Assembly: GCF_006345805.1 (NCBI RefSeq)
Contig: NC_043009.1
Span: 57,226,001 to 57,290,000, forward strand
Origin: Octopus sinensis
Taxonomy: Eukaryota
DNA length: 64,000 nt
Direction: 5' to 3'
Part shown: positions 23,590-37,200 of the stretch, one piece after another
Numbering within the stretch: position 1 is the stretch's first letter
How the letters are laid out: each line of letters begins with the position of its first letter
Made by a program: the position numbers and the translations under genes
The notes under the pieces: model-generated
The model's input: the letters and a program-made list of their open reading frames with translations, nothing else
Database searches by the model: none
What the model was told of the DNA's origin: nothing

Positions 23590-24235
23590 ACAAGTTCAAT
23601 GCCAACTTGCTAAAGCGGTTATGAAAGGCTATCAAGACCAAACACCCAGAAAAACTGATGAATGGGGGTCTTGTTTCATTAGGACAGTGGTTTTTCAACC
23701 AGGCTTCCGCCAGTACAGTCTAGGGGTTCCGCAAGACGTTACAAAACTGCTAAAATCGGCAGTAATTTTTAATTCTCCTGTGCAGATATGTGTGCATAAG
23801 ACTATTCAATTATTGCACAGGGGTTCCTCGAGCCAGTGGAATGTTTCCTTGGGGTTCCGCTCCAGCAAAAAGGTTGAAAAGCACTGCATTAGGACAATAC
23901 TTCAGCACACAAGTCCTTGGTTTCAATGGCTGCTGTGACTGGCTTTGAACTGGTTGATCACCCTCCCTATGTCAGTGATTTGGTTCCATCTGGTTATCAT
24001 CTGTTTCCCAATATAGAAAAACACTCATCTAGGCACCAGTATCACTGTGATGATGACGGCTTATCTGCTTTTTGACCAACAGAATAGCTTCTTTACCAGT
24101 GCAACCCAAACATTGCATCTACTTATGGAAGTGTGTGGACAGCAAGAAGATCTACGTTAAAAAATGAACTTCATTTGGTCACATTCCATTGAGAGTGTCT
24201 TGCTCAGATTATGAACAATTCAGCCGACCCTCATA
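23590..24235 (+). mobile_element. Mariner transposase C-terminal fragment, split by hAT MITE copy 2 (23685-23886)
   Basis: NLLKRL*KAIKTKHPEKL..VLFH*DN|TSAH...GFELVDHPPYVSDLVPSGYHLFPN. The MITE has an exact 8-bp TSD CATTAGGA. Confidence 0.8.
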
Positions 24236-24454
24236 ATAATAAAAATTATTATTATACCTGCATTTGTTTTAATGTTAACATTGAAAATAATCCACATTTT
24301 CCACAATAAAAAAATTTGGACTTGGGTTTGCACCCCTCCTAAGCAAATTTTGTTGTTGGGCCACTGCATACACGTGCAACCTTTTTCAAGAAGCGAGCTG
24401 CATGAGACACCTCTCATCATCAAGAGAGTCGCACTACTGTAGAAGATTAAAGGC

Positions 24455-25090
24455 AATTTTGGATTTTTTCCTTTTGAACGGCAGACAATTTCTAGTTAAC
24501 TAAACACTTTAAAACTTCGTATACTGGTAGAATGTGTCAAAATAAAACATTTTTTTCTCTTGGCTTTCTTGAGAAAATTGTAATTTGTTTGTTTAACGTA
24601 GTTTAATTTTTCGAATTTTAACCAATCCTATGCTCTCTTTTGAGCTAAAATCATTTGCTGCGTCTAAAACTGAGACAACATCCTGTAACTAACCCTCAAC
24701 CTAAACCTAACCCTAAATTTTTTTTCTTAATTGTTACGCGTGTAAAAAAAAACTAAAGCAATGGAATTAAATTAATTTAACAATTAATAAAAAAAAATAG
24801 GGTTAGGGTTAGGGTTAGGGGGAGGTTTAGGGTTAGTTACAGGATGTTGTCTCAGTTTTAGACGCAGCAAATGATTTTAGTTGAATGGAGGTAATCGATT
24901 GGTTAAAATTGCCGAAATGCTCGGATTTTCAGTGGAAATATCTTACAAACTATTGAATTTTCTCAATAAAACCAAGAGAAAATGATGTTTCATAAGCACA
25001 TTCTACCAGTATACGAAGTTTAAAAGTGTTTAGTTAACTAGAAATTGTGTTGACATCTGCCGTTCAAAAGTAAAAGATCCGCAATTTTTC
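24455..25090. mobile_element. Foldback/MITE-like element with about 260-290-bp inverted arms ending internally in CCCTAA/TTAGGG runs
   Basis: TTTTGAACGGCAGA..TTTCTAGTTAACTAAACACTTT...TTTGCTGCGTCTAAAACTGAGACAACATCCTGTAACTAACCCT is mirrored in reverse complement at 24798-25090. Confidence 0.85.
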
Positions 25091-25192
25091 GTTAGACGTG
25101 CCATTCTGAAAGTACTGCAGGTCGCAGTCTACTCATGGTTGTCATACACGTTACACAGGTGATGTCATTCTAACACATCTGTTCATCTAGAT

Positions 25193-25393
25193 CAGTGCTT
25201 TTCAAACTTTTTGCTGGAGCGGAACCTCAAGGAAACATTCCACTGGCTCGGGGAACCCCTGTGCAATAATTTAATAGTCTTATGCACACATATCTGCACA
25301 GGAGAATTAAAAATTACTGCCGATTTTAGCAGTTTTGTAACTTCTTGCGGAACCCCTGGACTGTACTGGCGGAACCCTGGTTGAAAACCACTG
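25193..25393. mobile_element. hAT-type MITE copy 3, flanked by a 25-bp direct duplication
   Basis: Same body as copies 1 and 2; flanks 25168-25192 and 25394-25418 are identical except for one base. Confidence 0.9.
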
Positions 25394-26020
25394 TTCTAAC
25401 ACATCTGTTCATCTGGATGAAGAAAGAAACAGACAACGAAGTAAATAGTGACGTCATAACCACGTGTTCTGCACTATATGGTGGGAAGTCAACATTGACT
25501 TACATATTTATGCTTGTAGAAAAGAAAACCGTAAATATTTTATGCAGCATAACAAAGTAAAGGAAAATTACGTACGATATAATCGGAATCTACATCATTT
25601 GAAAAGTTTTAACAGAAAATTTTATTCAAAAATATCCCTTTTACTGGAGTTTAGGGGAGCGCACCTTCAGTAGGTATATACTTACAATTGTCTATCCGTG
25701 AGTGTGTGTAGAGCTAAAAAATATTTTAGCAGCGTAGAATCTACAATATTTTTGTTTTCCCTTTTCGTTGTACCTAGAAAACTTCTGAAACTCTTCCAAC
25801 TTCAGCATGCTTTATCCTAGTTTTGTTCCCCCCCCACCTCATTTCTTTCTAATACTGTTTTTTATGTCGTGTATAAGAAAATACGATGCCGAGACGAAGC
25901 TGGAAATGTTTATATATTACTCTTGGGCGATCTGCACACATTACTCTGTCTCTTCACACACACTAACAGAAGTACTTCACTTACACAACATACTGTCTGT
26001 CTCCCACACCCCATCAAACA

Positions 26021-26052
<32 letters not shown>

Positions 26053-26419
26053 TGTACATCAATGCTTTGATAACTTCAAAAGAAATTCCCTCGTCATAAA
26101 ATCGCTTCCTCTTAGTCTCTTTCGCTCTCATTACTTCAAAAGTTCCCGCAAGCCCATATGTAAAAAAAAAACATTTTTTACGGAAATCGACGGAAAGGTC
26201 TACTAGAGACGAAAGATTGCCTTACTCTTGTATACAATACTTAAACATACACACACACACACACATTGCGAAACCGTGTCGCTCAACGCGTGTAAAAGAT
26301 TACATCTTGTTCCTCCGAATCCGAAATATCACTCATCTTTCATTTGTGTGTTCGTTCAAACACACTTGTCATATAATTATGCCCTTCCTTAATTGTTGTT
26401 TCGTCTCAGATTACGATCA

Positions 26420-26900
26420 AAACAATCTCAGCCTTGACCGTTAAATGTTGTTAACGAGTCCTTTTCTAGTCTAATTCTGTAGTGCTGCTATTTCAGAGAA
26501 ATTTGGCTGCGCTTTTTAGCAGGTCAAGAAACCGCGTGCAACAAGGCTTGTGTCGACGTTTTACGAAAAGCGGGCCGAATAAAAAGAAACAACAGGTCGC
26601 ACTACTGAATAAATTGAAAGCAGTTTGCCGTTAGGTGCAGCATTCCGAAAATGCCGTGGACTTCCTGAATGGAACATCCGACGGTGTTGGAACTTCTTAC
26701 AAAATAATGGCATCGATATGTGGTTAAGATGCTCGCTTTGCAATCACTTGGTTTCGGGTTCAGTCCTATCGCGCGACACTTTAGGCAAGGGTCTTCTGCT
26801 GTCGCTCTGGGCCCCGTCACCGCTTGACACCCGTGTTGGTTTGTTTATCGACGAAAGTGACCGATAAGAATCAGTATCGGACTTAGAAGTAAGGGGCTAC
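26420..26900 (+). promoter_or_regulatory. CpG-rich, repeat-poor stretch; candidate promoter/5'UTR exon of the RRM gene
   Basis: Visible CpG enrichment against an AT-rich background, about 3 kb upstream of the acceptor at 29743. The TSS was not determined. Confidence 0.4.
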
Positions 26901-27808
26901 TTCTTCGGATCCCCCGCTCTTATAACTTTTGAACCAGTAATTATTAGGTTTTCCCAAAAGTTCGTAAACACTTGCGAAAATTGAATTTTTACTCGCCAAG
27001 TACTAACAAAAACAACAAAAATTATTCCTCAAAATAAAGACCATTATTTTCCAAGACTTTCTACGAACTTTTGGGACAACCTTATAAAAAAAAAAAAAAA
27101 ATTCAGGTTCATGTTTTCGATATCGGAGATTACGATTTAGTAAAAACAAAAAGAAATTAAATTTTAACCCATCCCCGCCAATTTATTTACAATTGACAAA
27201 AACGTGCTGTCACGCACAAAACGACAGCTTCCAAATCCTATTTCCTGTTTGGGTGAAAATTATCAAACTTTAAGCCTCGAACTTTTTAAAAACATTTTTT
27301 TTTTCCCGGAAAAAGTGAAACGACTCCAGCAATTTAGCTTTGGAAATGTATTTTATTGTTCCAAATTTTAAAAATTTTCGGTAAACTTCAATTCTTGACA
27401 TGCTGGTAGCCAAAACCAACAATATACATTAATAGAACCGCTAGAAGTTAGTGTCGAACATACAGCGAAGTTGATTTAAAAGGTATATAAAACACAATTT
27501 AACTTCATTATTTAATTACGAACTTTATTGATGTCAGTTGCTTGACTCAGCAGCAACAGTTGAATTGACAATTACGTTTTGCCAAGATTTTGAACTGTTG
27601 AGAAGTTTGTTGCACGTGTAACAGAAATATGAAATTGACAAAAGAAAGTTTGAGATGGAGATGTAGAAAGAAAAAAAGGAATCTTTTCGGTTTGAACGGC
27701 AGTTTTTTTCTAGGGGTGTCATATGAAATTGTCACCCATAATTCTGACCCTAGTATCGATCTATTGCGTTTCAATCTGTTTTAGGGTTAGAGGTGGGGGT
27801 GAAGGGGA

Positions 27809-28140
27809 TACTCTTTTACTTGTTTCAGTCATTTGACTGCGGCCATGCTGGAGCACCGCCTTTAATCGAGCAACTCGACCCCAGGACTTATTCTTTTGTA
27901 AGCCCAGTACTTATTCTATCGGTCTCTTTTGCCGAACCGCTAAGTGACGGGGACGTAAACACACCAGCATACATATATACGATGGGCTTCTTTCAGTTTT
28001 CGTCTACCAAATCCACTCAAGGCATTGGTCGGCCCGGGGCTATAGCAGAAGACACTTGCCCAAGGTGCCACGCAGTGGGACTGAACCCGGAACCGTGTGG
28101 TTGGTAAGCAAGCTACTTACCACACAGCCACTCCTGCGCC
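27809..28140 (-). mobile_element. Third tRNA-derived SINE family (GGAGTGGCTGTGTGGTAAG head); copies at about 1-60, 820-975, 1945-2070, 28842-29195, 30980-31385, 31543-31945, 36200-36545, 44615-44960 and 61855-62230
   Basis: Highly similar 330-400-bp units with A/B-box-like head and an internal (TA)/(CA) microsatellite. Confidence 0.85.
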
Positions 28141-29230
28141 TTTTTTTTTTCTTCAGAAATGTAAATATACCCATGCTGTTTCTTAAACGAGGAACATATT
28201 CATACGGCACAGAATGTTTCGCATGGCCTTTTTGGCGAAGTTTCAACCGAAACTGTGCCATGTTTTTTTCACCTCAATAGACGTTTTCAAAATTTTTGAT
28301 TTCTCCTCCTCGCCAAATTTTTTTATTTTTTAACTTATTTTCGTTTTTTTTTTTCAATCTATGTGGGAAAATACGTAGATTAAGAATATGGGGTGGGGTG
28401 GGGGGAACAATTTTTAATGAAAACCTCAAAAATTGATCCACACCCAATCCCGCTGTCTAAAAGTGAAAATGAACGGCTGTTTAGTCCGTTTTCGCATGCG
28501 TCAGTTTATAAGTGTAACAGCAAAAAGACCACAGCATGTGAAGCCCTCACCACGAAATTCGATATGCGAAAAATAACAGCTAAATGTCTGGAGAATTTTT
28601 AGTGCTTGTGGGTATGTTTGTGTGTATCCTCATCTTGCCATTAAGGTGACAAATTTTGTATATTTCCTATCTTGCTCTTCTTAAATTCCAGAGCACTTTC
28701 TCAAATTTCCTTCCCATCCTGCATTCTTCCCTCCTGACCACTTCAAGTTTCTCAGGTTTCCAACAAAAAATGTACTTCTGGCGTAGTATTGTATGTTGAT
28801 GACAAAAAAACTGTATTTTTTTTTTTTTTGCTAGAGATTACTCTTTTACTTGTTTCAGTCATTTGACTCGGCCATGTTGGAGCACTGCCTTTAGTCGAGC
28901 AAATCGACCCCAGGACTTATTCTCTGTAAGCCTAGTTCTTATTCTATCGGTCTCTTTTGCCGAACTGCTAAGTTACGGGGACGTAAACACACCAGCATCA
29001 ATTGTCAAACATACACACACACGTATATATATATTTATATATACGACAGGCTTCTTTCACTTTCCGTCTACCAAATCCACTCACAAGACTTTGGTCGGCC
29101 CGAGGCTATAGTAGAAGACACTTGCCCAAGGTGCCACGCAGTGGGACTGAACCAGGAATCATGTGGTTGGTAAGCAAGCTACTCACCACACAGCCGTATA
29201 TATATATATAACGGATGTTAAACGATGATG

Positions 29231-29266
<36 letters not shown>

Positions 29267-29770
29267 ATACACATACACACACATATGTGTGAGAGATTGC
29301 TAGCCACTTCACATTCTTTATGTTCTCTCCTTGTTCCTTTCTGTGGAAGAGTGTAGGCTCGAAACGTTACTGATTTTTTCACTTCCCGAGCGTTATACTA
29401 ATACATCTGTTTGTTATCTACACCACCTCTCTTCATCTTTTGTTTTTTTGTGAATTCTCCCCATATATGTATATATATGTCTATATGTATACTCACGTTC
29501 ATACATACATACATACATATTACTGAAGAGAGAGTGTGTGAGAGTGAAAGTTGCAAACCAAACTGGAAGTTATTTTACAAACTGATTTTTATAGCATTAA
29601 GTTTTTTCCAACTGTTATAAATGCTTTATTCTTTACACGAATCTCTGAGAGTATAGTTCCCTTTAGAACTACCCTCACTTCACATCTTGGCAACTCTTTG
29701 TACCTAACTAGTTCTGTTTTGTTCCTGGACATTTCTTTTGTAGAGTGTATTAGCAGTAAAAGACAAGATT

Positions 29771-31183
29771 ATGATGAACTCCAAACCTGAAGTGTATTCC
29801 TGCCATATTAAATATTTACCAATTTCTGTAACCAAGGTATTTATTTGAACACATTTGTTTTCTATTATCTTTTTCTTATTTCAGTCATTAGACTGTGGCC
29901 ACACGTACACAAACATACATATATATATATATCTGACTGGCACCTGTGCGAGCTCTCGCCAGCTCGCACAGGTGCCAGTCAGAGCTGGCGAACGGCCACA
30001 AACGGATGGTGCTTTTACGTGTCACCGGCACGGGGCCAGGTGATGCTGGCAACGGACACGAACGGATGTGCTTTTACGTGCCACCGACACGGACCAGACA
30101 GAGCTGGCAAACGGCCACGAACGGACGGTGCTTTTACGTGTCACCCGTTCGTGGCCGTTTGCCAGCTCTGTCTGGCCCCGTGTCGGTGGCACGTAAAAGC
30201 ACCATCCGTTCGTGGCCGTTCGCCAGCTCTGACTGGCACCTGTGCAGGTGGCACGTAAAAAACACCCACTACACTCGCGGAGTGGTTGGCGTTAGGAAGG
30301 GCATCCAGCCATAGAAACACTGCCAGATCTGACTGGGCCTGACGAAGCCTTCCAGCTTCACAGACCCCAGTTGACCCGTCCAACCCATGCTAGCATGGAA
30401 AGCGGACGCTAAATGATGATGATATACACACATACACGACAGGCTTCTTTTAGTTTTCATCAACCAAATCCATTCACAAGGCTTTGGTCGACTCAAGGCT
30501 ATAGTAGAAGACACTTGTCCAAAGTGCCATGAAGTGGGACTGAACCTAGAACCATTTGGTTGGGAAGCAAACTTCTTACCACACAGCATACAAACTGATG
30601 TAGTACATAATGTAAACATTCAAACATTGCTGTGAATCTTTCCAAATCCTTCTGCGTTTCACATGCAGTTTTTGGTCTTCCGAATTTGTCTTGGAGTATA
30701 AGTCGACCTACCTTATTTGACTGTAAATTTTGATCTGCAAAATTTGATTTGTATGCTGGAAAATATAGTTTTTGTTTTAAAATTCTTTTACTCTTGTAAC
30801 TCTGTAATTATGCTGAGACATTATCTTGAAGGGCTTTACTCTGTTGTATCCACCCTGTATTAGCATCTGTTTATGAAAGTGGCAGGTCCCTACAGGAAAT
30901 GACTTAGACCATGACAACCCTTACCAGCATAGAAGGAAGGGGTAAATGATGGTTCTTATTTTACCTATTTTATTTCTCTTTTACTCTTTTACTTGTTTCA
31001 GTCATTTTGACTGCGGCCATGCTGGAGCACCACCTTTAGTCGAGCAAATCAACCCTAGGACTTATTCTTTGTAAGCCTAGTACTTATTCTATCAGGTCTC
31101 TTTTGCTGAGCCGCTAAGTTACGAGGACGTAAACACACCATCGGTTGTCAAGCGATGTTGTGGGGACAAACACACACACACAA

Positions 31184-31227
<44 letters not shown>

Positions 31228-34200
31228 GACAGGCTTCTTTCAGTTTCCGTCTACCAAATCCACCCACAAGGCTTTGGTCGGTCCGAAGCTATAGTAGAAG
31301 ACATTTGCCCAAGGTGCCACACAGTGGGACTGAACCTGGAACCATGTGGTCAGTAAGCAAGCTACTTACCACACAGCCACTCCTACTGTTTATTATTATT
31401 ATTATGGCTAGGTTCCAACCTGGGCCACAGCAACAAAGTCCTCAGTCCATCATCTCTGCCTTGCAGCCCTGGATACATTCCAGGCCAGTGTCTGCAATCA
31501 AGTTGGTGATGTGTGACAATATTTTTCTCATCTTACATCACTAGGCGTAGGAGTGGCTGTGTGGTAAGTAGCTTGCTTACGAACCACATGGTTCCGGGTT
31601 CAGTCCCACTGCGTGGCACCTTGGGTAAGTGTCTTCTACTATAGCCTCGGGCCGACCAAAGCCTTGAGAGTGGATTTGGTAGACGGAAACTGAAAGAAGC
31701 CCATCGTATATATGTGTATATATATATATATATGTATGTGTGTGTTTGTGTGTCTCCCCTGCAACATCGCTTGACAACCGATGCTGGTGTGTTTACGTCC
31801 CCGTAAGCTAGCGGTTCGGCAAAAAAGAGACCGATAGAATAAGTACTAGGCTTACAAAGAATAAGTCCTGGTGTCAATTTTATCGACTAAAAGGCAGTGC
31901 TCCAGCATGGCCACAGTCACATAACTGAAACAAGTAAAAGAAAAGAAAGAACTATGAAGTGGGTTCCAGAAAACTAATTTGGGTGCTTCCAGTGTAGGGT
32001 GACGTACATAGTGAGCAGATAGTCGCAGCCACCAGTTCCTTGATCTTGCTGACTTTTGGTAGGTCTCTATAAAGGCATTCATTTGTTATATGTTGCTACT
32101 ATTTCACATTTAGGGCCATTTGTAGCATCCTTGTGTATCATCCATTTAGCCTGTTTGATAATTTCTTAATCATGAGCACTGATTAGTGAATGGTTTAGTT
32201 ACCTTTTTGACACAATGCGATGCAACAAGACATACAAACTTACAGAGAGAAGCAAGACTTCTGATGCATATGAAAGATGATAGTTGAGTGAAGAAGTATA
32301 AAGGAATCCAAGTTGAGGAAGCCTATGGAAGAAAGAAGCTATGGGAAGATGTGGTGAAAGCTAATGACATTGGTGAAACTACAGGAGTTGGAAGTTCTTC
32401 ATCATCCACCATACTCACCTGAACTTGCCCCCACTTTTGCCATTTCAGCTGTAGCTTGTCCAGCCTGGAACTGTAAAAGTCTGGCAATCTAGAGTCAATA
32501 AAATCTTGCAAGGCCTGTTTTACAGCATTGTCGGAATTAAATTTTTTTCCCATCAAAAAGTTATCCAAATTCTGGAATGAGTGGTAGTCAGTGGGGACAA
32601 GATCAAGTGAGTATGGTGGATTAAATCCTTTTTAAATCCTTTCTGGTAATTTTCAAAAGGAATAAATTAATACTGTTCAAAATATTGTTTTATCTCAGAA
32701 ATTTTAGCAACAGTTGATTCATTCATTATTTGATTCACAGAGTTTTTCTTGTCAAAAGCATCGAACAGAGGTAGGGGACACATGCTATGTTGCTGAGTGA
32801 AAATGACAGTCAAGAAGCCCTTGCATCATGTGAACAGGTTAATTTCTTTTGATTGTTTCACATGAGGTGCCCAGCAATAATGAGAGCAGCCAGTATAATA
32901 TATTTTTGTTTTTTTGCAATGGTTCTGATATTCCATTTGGTGGAATTTTGGTGAATGATCACCAGACCAAAAGTTCTTTCATTACAAAACATGAGATTAG
33001 TAGCCTGAAAAATTGTTATCCTCCTCATCATCATCATCATTTAATGTCTGTCTTCCCTGCTGACATCAGTCAGATGGTTTAACAGGAGTTGGCCAGGCAG
33101 GGGACTCCACCAAGCTCCACTCTTTTGGCATAGTTTTTACAGTTGGATGCTCTTCCTATTATTAAGAACAGTTTGTCAGAGACGTTTGGATAGATTAAAT
33201 ATTGCATTTGATTGTGAAAACTATTGTTATGTTTATTTCAGAGTCAAGTTGCAGATCTCTTCTCAGACTATGATGATCTTTTTGAAATCTATATCAGTGA
33301 AAGAGTGATGGAACATAATTACACGTTTGGGTGAGAGAAACACTCTTTATTTAAAGATGGGGAACTTTATGTATTTATTGAGGTTTGTTAGTAAATGTTG
33401 GACAGATGGTTCAAATTGATCCATTTTGATATGGAGCATAGATTGGTTGAGAGGGTATATATATATATGTAGGGTTACAGCGGTTACTAATCATTGCAGT
33501 TGAAACATATGTAGGTCTATGTAAAGCTGTATATATTATTATTATTGTTGTTGTTGATATTATATACTCCAGGAAACTTGTATGGTTATGGTAATATATA
33601 TTTCTTTACTACTCACAAGGGGCTAAACACAGAGGAGACAAACAAGGACAGACAAAGGGATTAAGTCGATTACATCGACCCCAGTGCGTAACTGGTACTT
33701 AATTTATTGACCCCGGAAGGATGAAAGGCATAGTCGACCTCGGTGGAATTTGAACTCAGAACATAACGGCAGACGAAATATGGCAACGCATTTCGCCTGG
33801 CATGCTAACGTTTCTGCCAGCTCGCCGCCTTATGGTTATGGTAATATATTCAGAATTATCCAATGGAATATATCTATAAATTCTTATCTTATGAGAATAT
33901 TATTGTATCTATTAACTGTGGAATAACCTATTTTGAATACCTAACTGAGAGCAAACTGGTAAAGGTTTGGAGTAATCCCTTACTATTTACAAATATATCT
34001 GTAGAAGAGATATCATATGGTTCAAAGTTCTATAAAAAGCAACAGCCAGAAACAGGTGAGGGGAAAAACAAATAAGGTGTATTAATTTGACACTGAGGAA
34101 AAATGAAAGAAATCTTAGATGTTTTAAGCCTTCACACTTCTACAGAAAAAAATGAAGAAAGAAAATGTATAAAGAGAAAGAAAACCAAGAAAAAAAGCAT

Positions 34201-37200
34201 GCCTGGATTAACAGCTGTGCATGTTGAATTGTTATATATATATATATATATGGAGGCGCAATGGCCTAGTGGTTAGGGCAGCGGACTCGCGGTCATAGGA
34301 TCGCGGTTTCGATTCCCAGACCGGGCGTCGTGAGTGTTTATTGAGTGAAAACACCTAAAAGCTCCACGAGGCTCCGGCAGGGGGTGGTGATCCCTGCTGT
34401 ACTCTTTCACCACTCTTTCTTCTGTTGGCCTGCTCGCTTGGCCAGTGGGGTGGCGTCATTCGAAGGCTAAAACAATGCAAACGCATTGTGACCAGTGATG
34501 TGTAACAACATCTGATGGTCTGGTCGGTCACGTGATAGATATATATATATATATATATATATATTGTCCAAATTTACAGAAAACAAAAGATGAAGACAAG
34601 TGTAGGAACAACAAGCAGGGGTATTAGTTTAAGGTCGCTTGGGAAGAATGGGAAAATCTTTTACGTTTTGAGCCTATGCTCTTCTACAGAAAGGATTATG
34701 AGGTAAAAAATGTATGTATGTATATGTATATGTATAAAGTGACAGAGAAATAGTTTGATGAAATTTTATTTATAGTTTTGCAGTGTCTGTGCTACTACAA
34801 TGTCCTCAAGATGTCAAGGATATCAACACCAGACTCTTCTAATTGTTTTATTTCACAGTTTTGTCAGGTTTAAGAGCCAAGAATCAGCCAACCATGCAGT
34901 GAAGTCTGTATCGGGAAAAATGGTGAATGGACAAAAATTGCTTGTCTCTCATGCCAAATCTTCAGGTAAATATTCAAACACCTTTACACATCTATCCCCT
35001 TCCCTGTCTTTCTCTTTGCATCCTCTTAGCAAGACAATTATCTCTCTCCCTCTTTTATACTTTTTAACCTTCTCATAAACTGGTACAAAGCCACCTCCCT
35101 CAATACTACTCTCCTCACCCATCAATTGAGGGGTCTTTGTATTGCTAGTTATATGGTGACCCCTACTCGTGCTGGCACCACGAAAAAAAGCACCTACTAC
35201 ACTCTGTAAAATGGTTGGTGTTAGGAAGGGTATCCATCTGTAGAAATCATTCCAGAGCAGACAACAGATCTTGGTACACTTCCTTGGCTTACCAGCTTCT
35301 GTGAAACTGTCCAACCCATGCCAGCATAGAAAGCAGGTGTTAAATGATGACAATGATGATGAATCTTTTGTTTTATTTGTTTGAATTATCAGTCTGCTGT
35401 CATAATGTAGCATTGCTTTCAAAAGCTTTTAAAACATTATATGCACTCCACCATTTACCGTAAATCCTCGAGTATAATCCGCATTTTTTTCCCAAAATTT
35501 AAAGGTCAAAATCTCTAGTGCATACTATATACGAGGTTAAGAATGAAAAATATTTTCTAAGCAATGTCCGAGTCTCTATTTGCTGTCCGGCAATGTTTAT
35601 TCAGACGCATTTGGTGATGCCGGGCGCGAAAATACCTTAAGCTAAGCCTGAAAGCAATGAAGTCATAAAAGAATCATCCATAACTTGCAGTAAGCAACAT
35701 TTATTAAACGTTATTACTGTTATTTTTTTATTTTCTGCAAACAAAATGCACAAAAAAGCTACACATTTGCATTATGTTATATATACAATAATAATAAAGG
35801 ACTTTACTGTATACAGTTTTACAAACCAAGGACGTTATATAGACCTCCTTGACTCAAGTTAGAGAAGGGGTGCATATTATACACAAGGTTTAGGTTTTTC
35901 AGAAGTACAGGCCCCTAAAAATCCCCTACGTATTATACTCAATGATTTACAGTATCTCTTCTTAGTGATGTAAACATCTTCTTTCATTTTGCAAGCTGGA
36001 TTTGATGAATAAAGTAGATATCACAGGCCAGATGGGCACAATTATCCCTAAAATCGTTACAATATAGGTCTAAGTAAATGGATAAAAGGGTCAATACATA
36101 ACTTTTATTAACAATAAAGGAAGGAAAGACTGTGAGGCATTAGTAAAGTTTGTATGCAGAGATGTGTAGAATCTCATTCACATGGTAACTATGCAGTCCT
36201 CTTTTCACTCATTTGACTGTGGCCATGCTGGAGCTCTGCCTTTAATTGAGCAAATAGACCCCAGGACTTATTCTATCGAGTTTCTTTTGCCAAACCGCTA
36301 AGTTACAGGGATGTAAACACACCCGCATCTGTTATCAATCGATGTTAAGGGGACAAACACAGACACACAAACATATACACACACATACATATATATGATG
36401 GGCTTCTTTCAGTTTCTGCCTACCAAATCCACTCACAAGGCTTTGGTTGGCCTGAGGCTATAGTAGAAGACACTTGCCCAAGATGCCACGCAGTGGGACT
36501 GAAACTGGAACCATGTGGTTGGTAAGCAAGCTACTCCTACGCCTATAAAGTCCTATTAAGTAAAAATCCTTGGAGTGAGAATTGAGATAGAAATTATTCA
36601 AATAAATGCATACAGTTCCAGAGAAGACCCAATGCTTTCATTATTATTGATATCATTAGAATCCATTCAGACGAACAAAATCTTTAAAAAGATCTTCTGT
36701 ATGGTTTGGTGTTAAATGAAAGGGAAAATAGGTCACATGTTTTAGTACATGAATTTATAAGTTTCTATTCTATTGGTTAAAATAACAAAAGTTCCCTAAA
36801 TTTAGAAGTCAATCCATTCACAAACCCTAGGGTTCATTGTGTCCAGTCTTTGATCCTGCTTCACCTTGGGAAGTTTTTGGTGCTAGGAAGTACATCAAGC
36901 CATTGAAACCATGCTAAATAAAATGTATGAGACATTGTCTCTGATCCATGTAAGAAGGCAGTAATAAATGTCAACATAAAGTCACTGATTTTTAATACCG
37001 GATCAGCTGACCCTGTCAGCACAGTAATTGATTGGTATTTATTATATAAATATTTGCCAGGATGAATAAGGTCGATTGTAGCGGAACCTGAACTTCAGCT
37101 GTATAGAGAAGGGAGGTGAATATAAAACACTGTAGCTTATTTACTCTGGGAAGGGCATCCAGCTGTAGAAACCATGACAAATCAGACTAGAGTCAAGTAC

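Noticed and set aside
24798-24835. True telomere or chromosome-fusion scar
   Set aside because: Only a few units, embedded in a symmetrical element, and oriented inward as part of its arms.
21086-25560. Repeated ORFs MRNPWTVLAEPWLKTT / MLKSAVIFNSPVQIC
   Set aside because: Translations of three copies of a 200-bp MITE.
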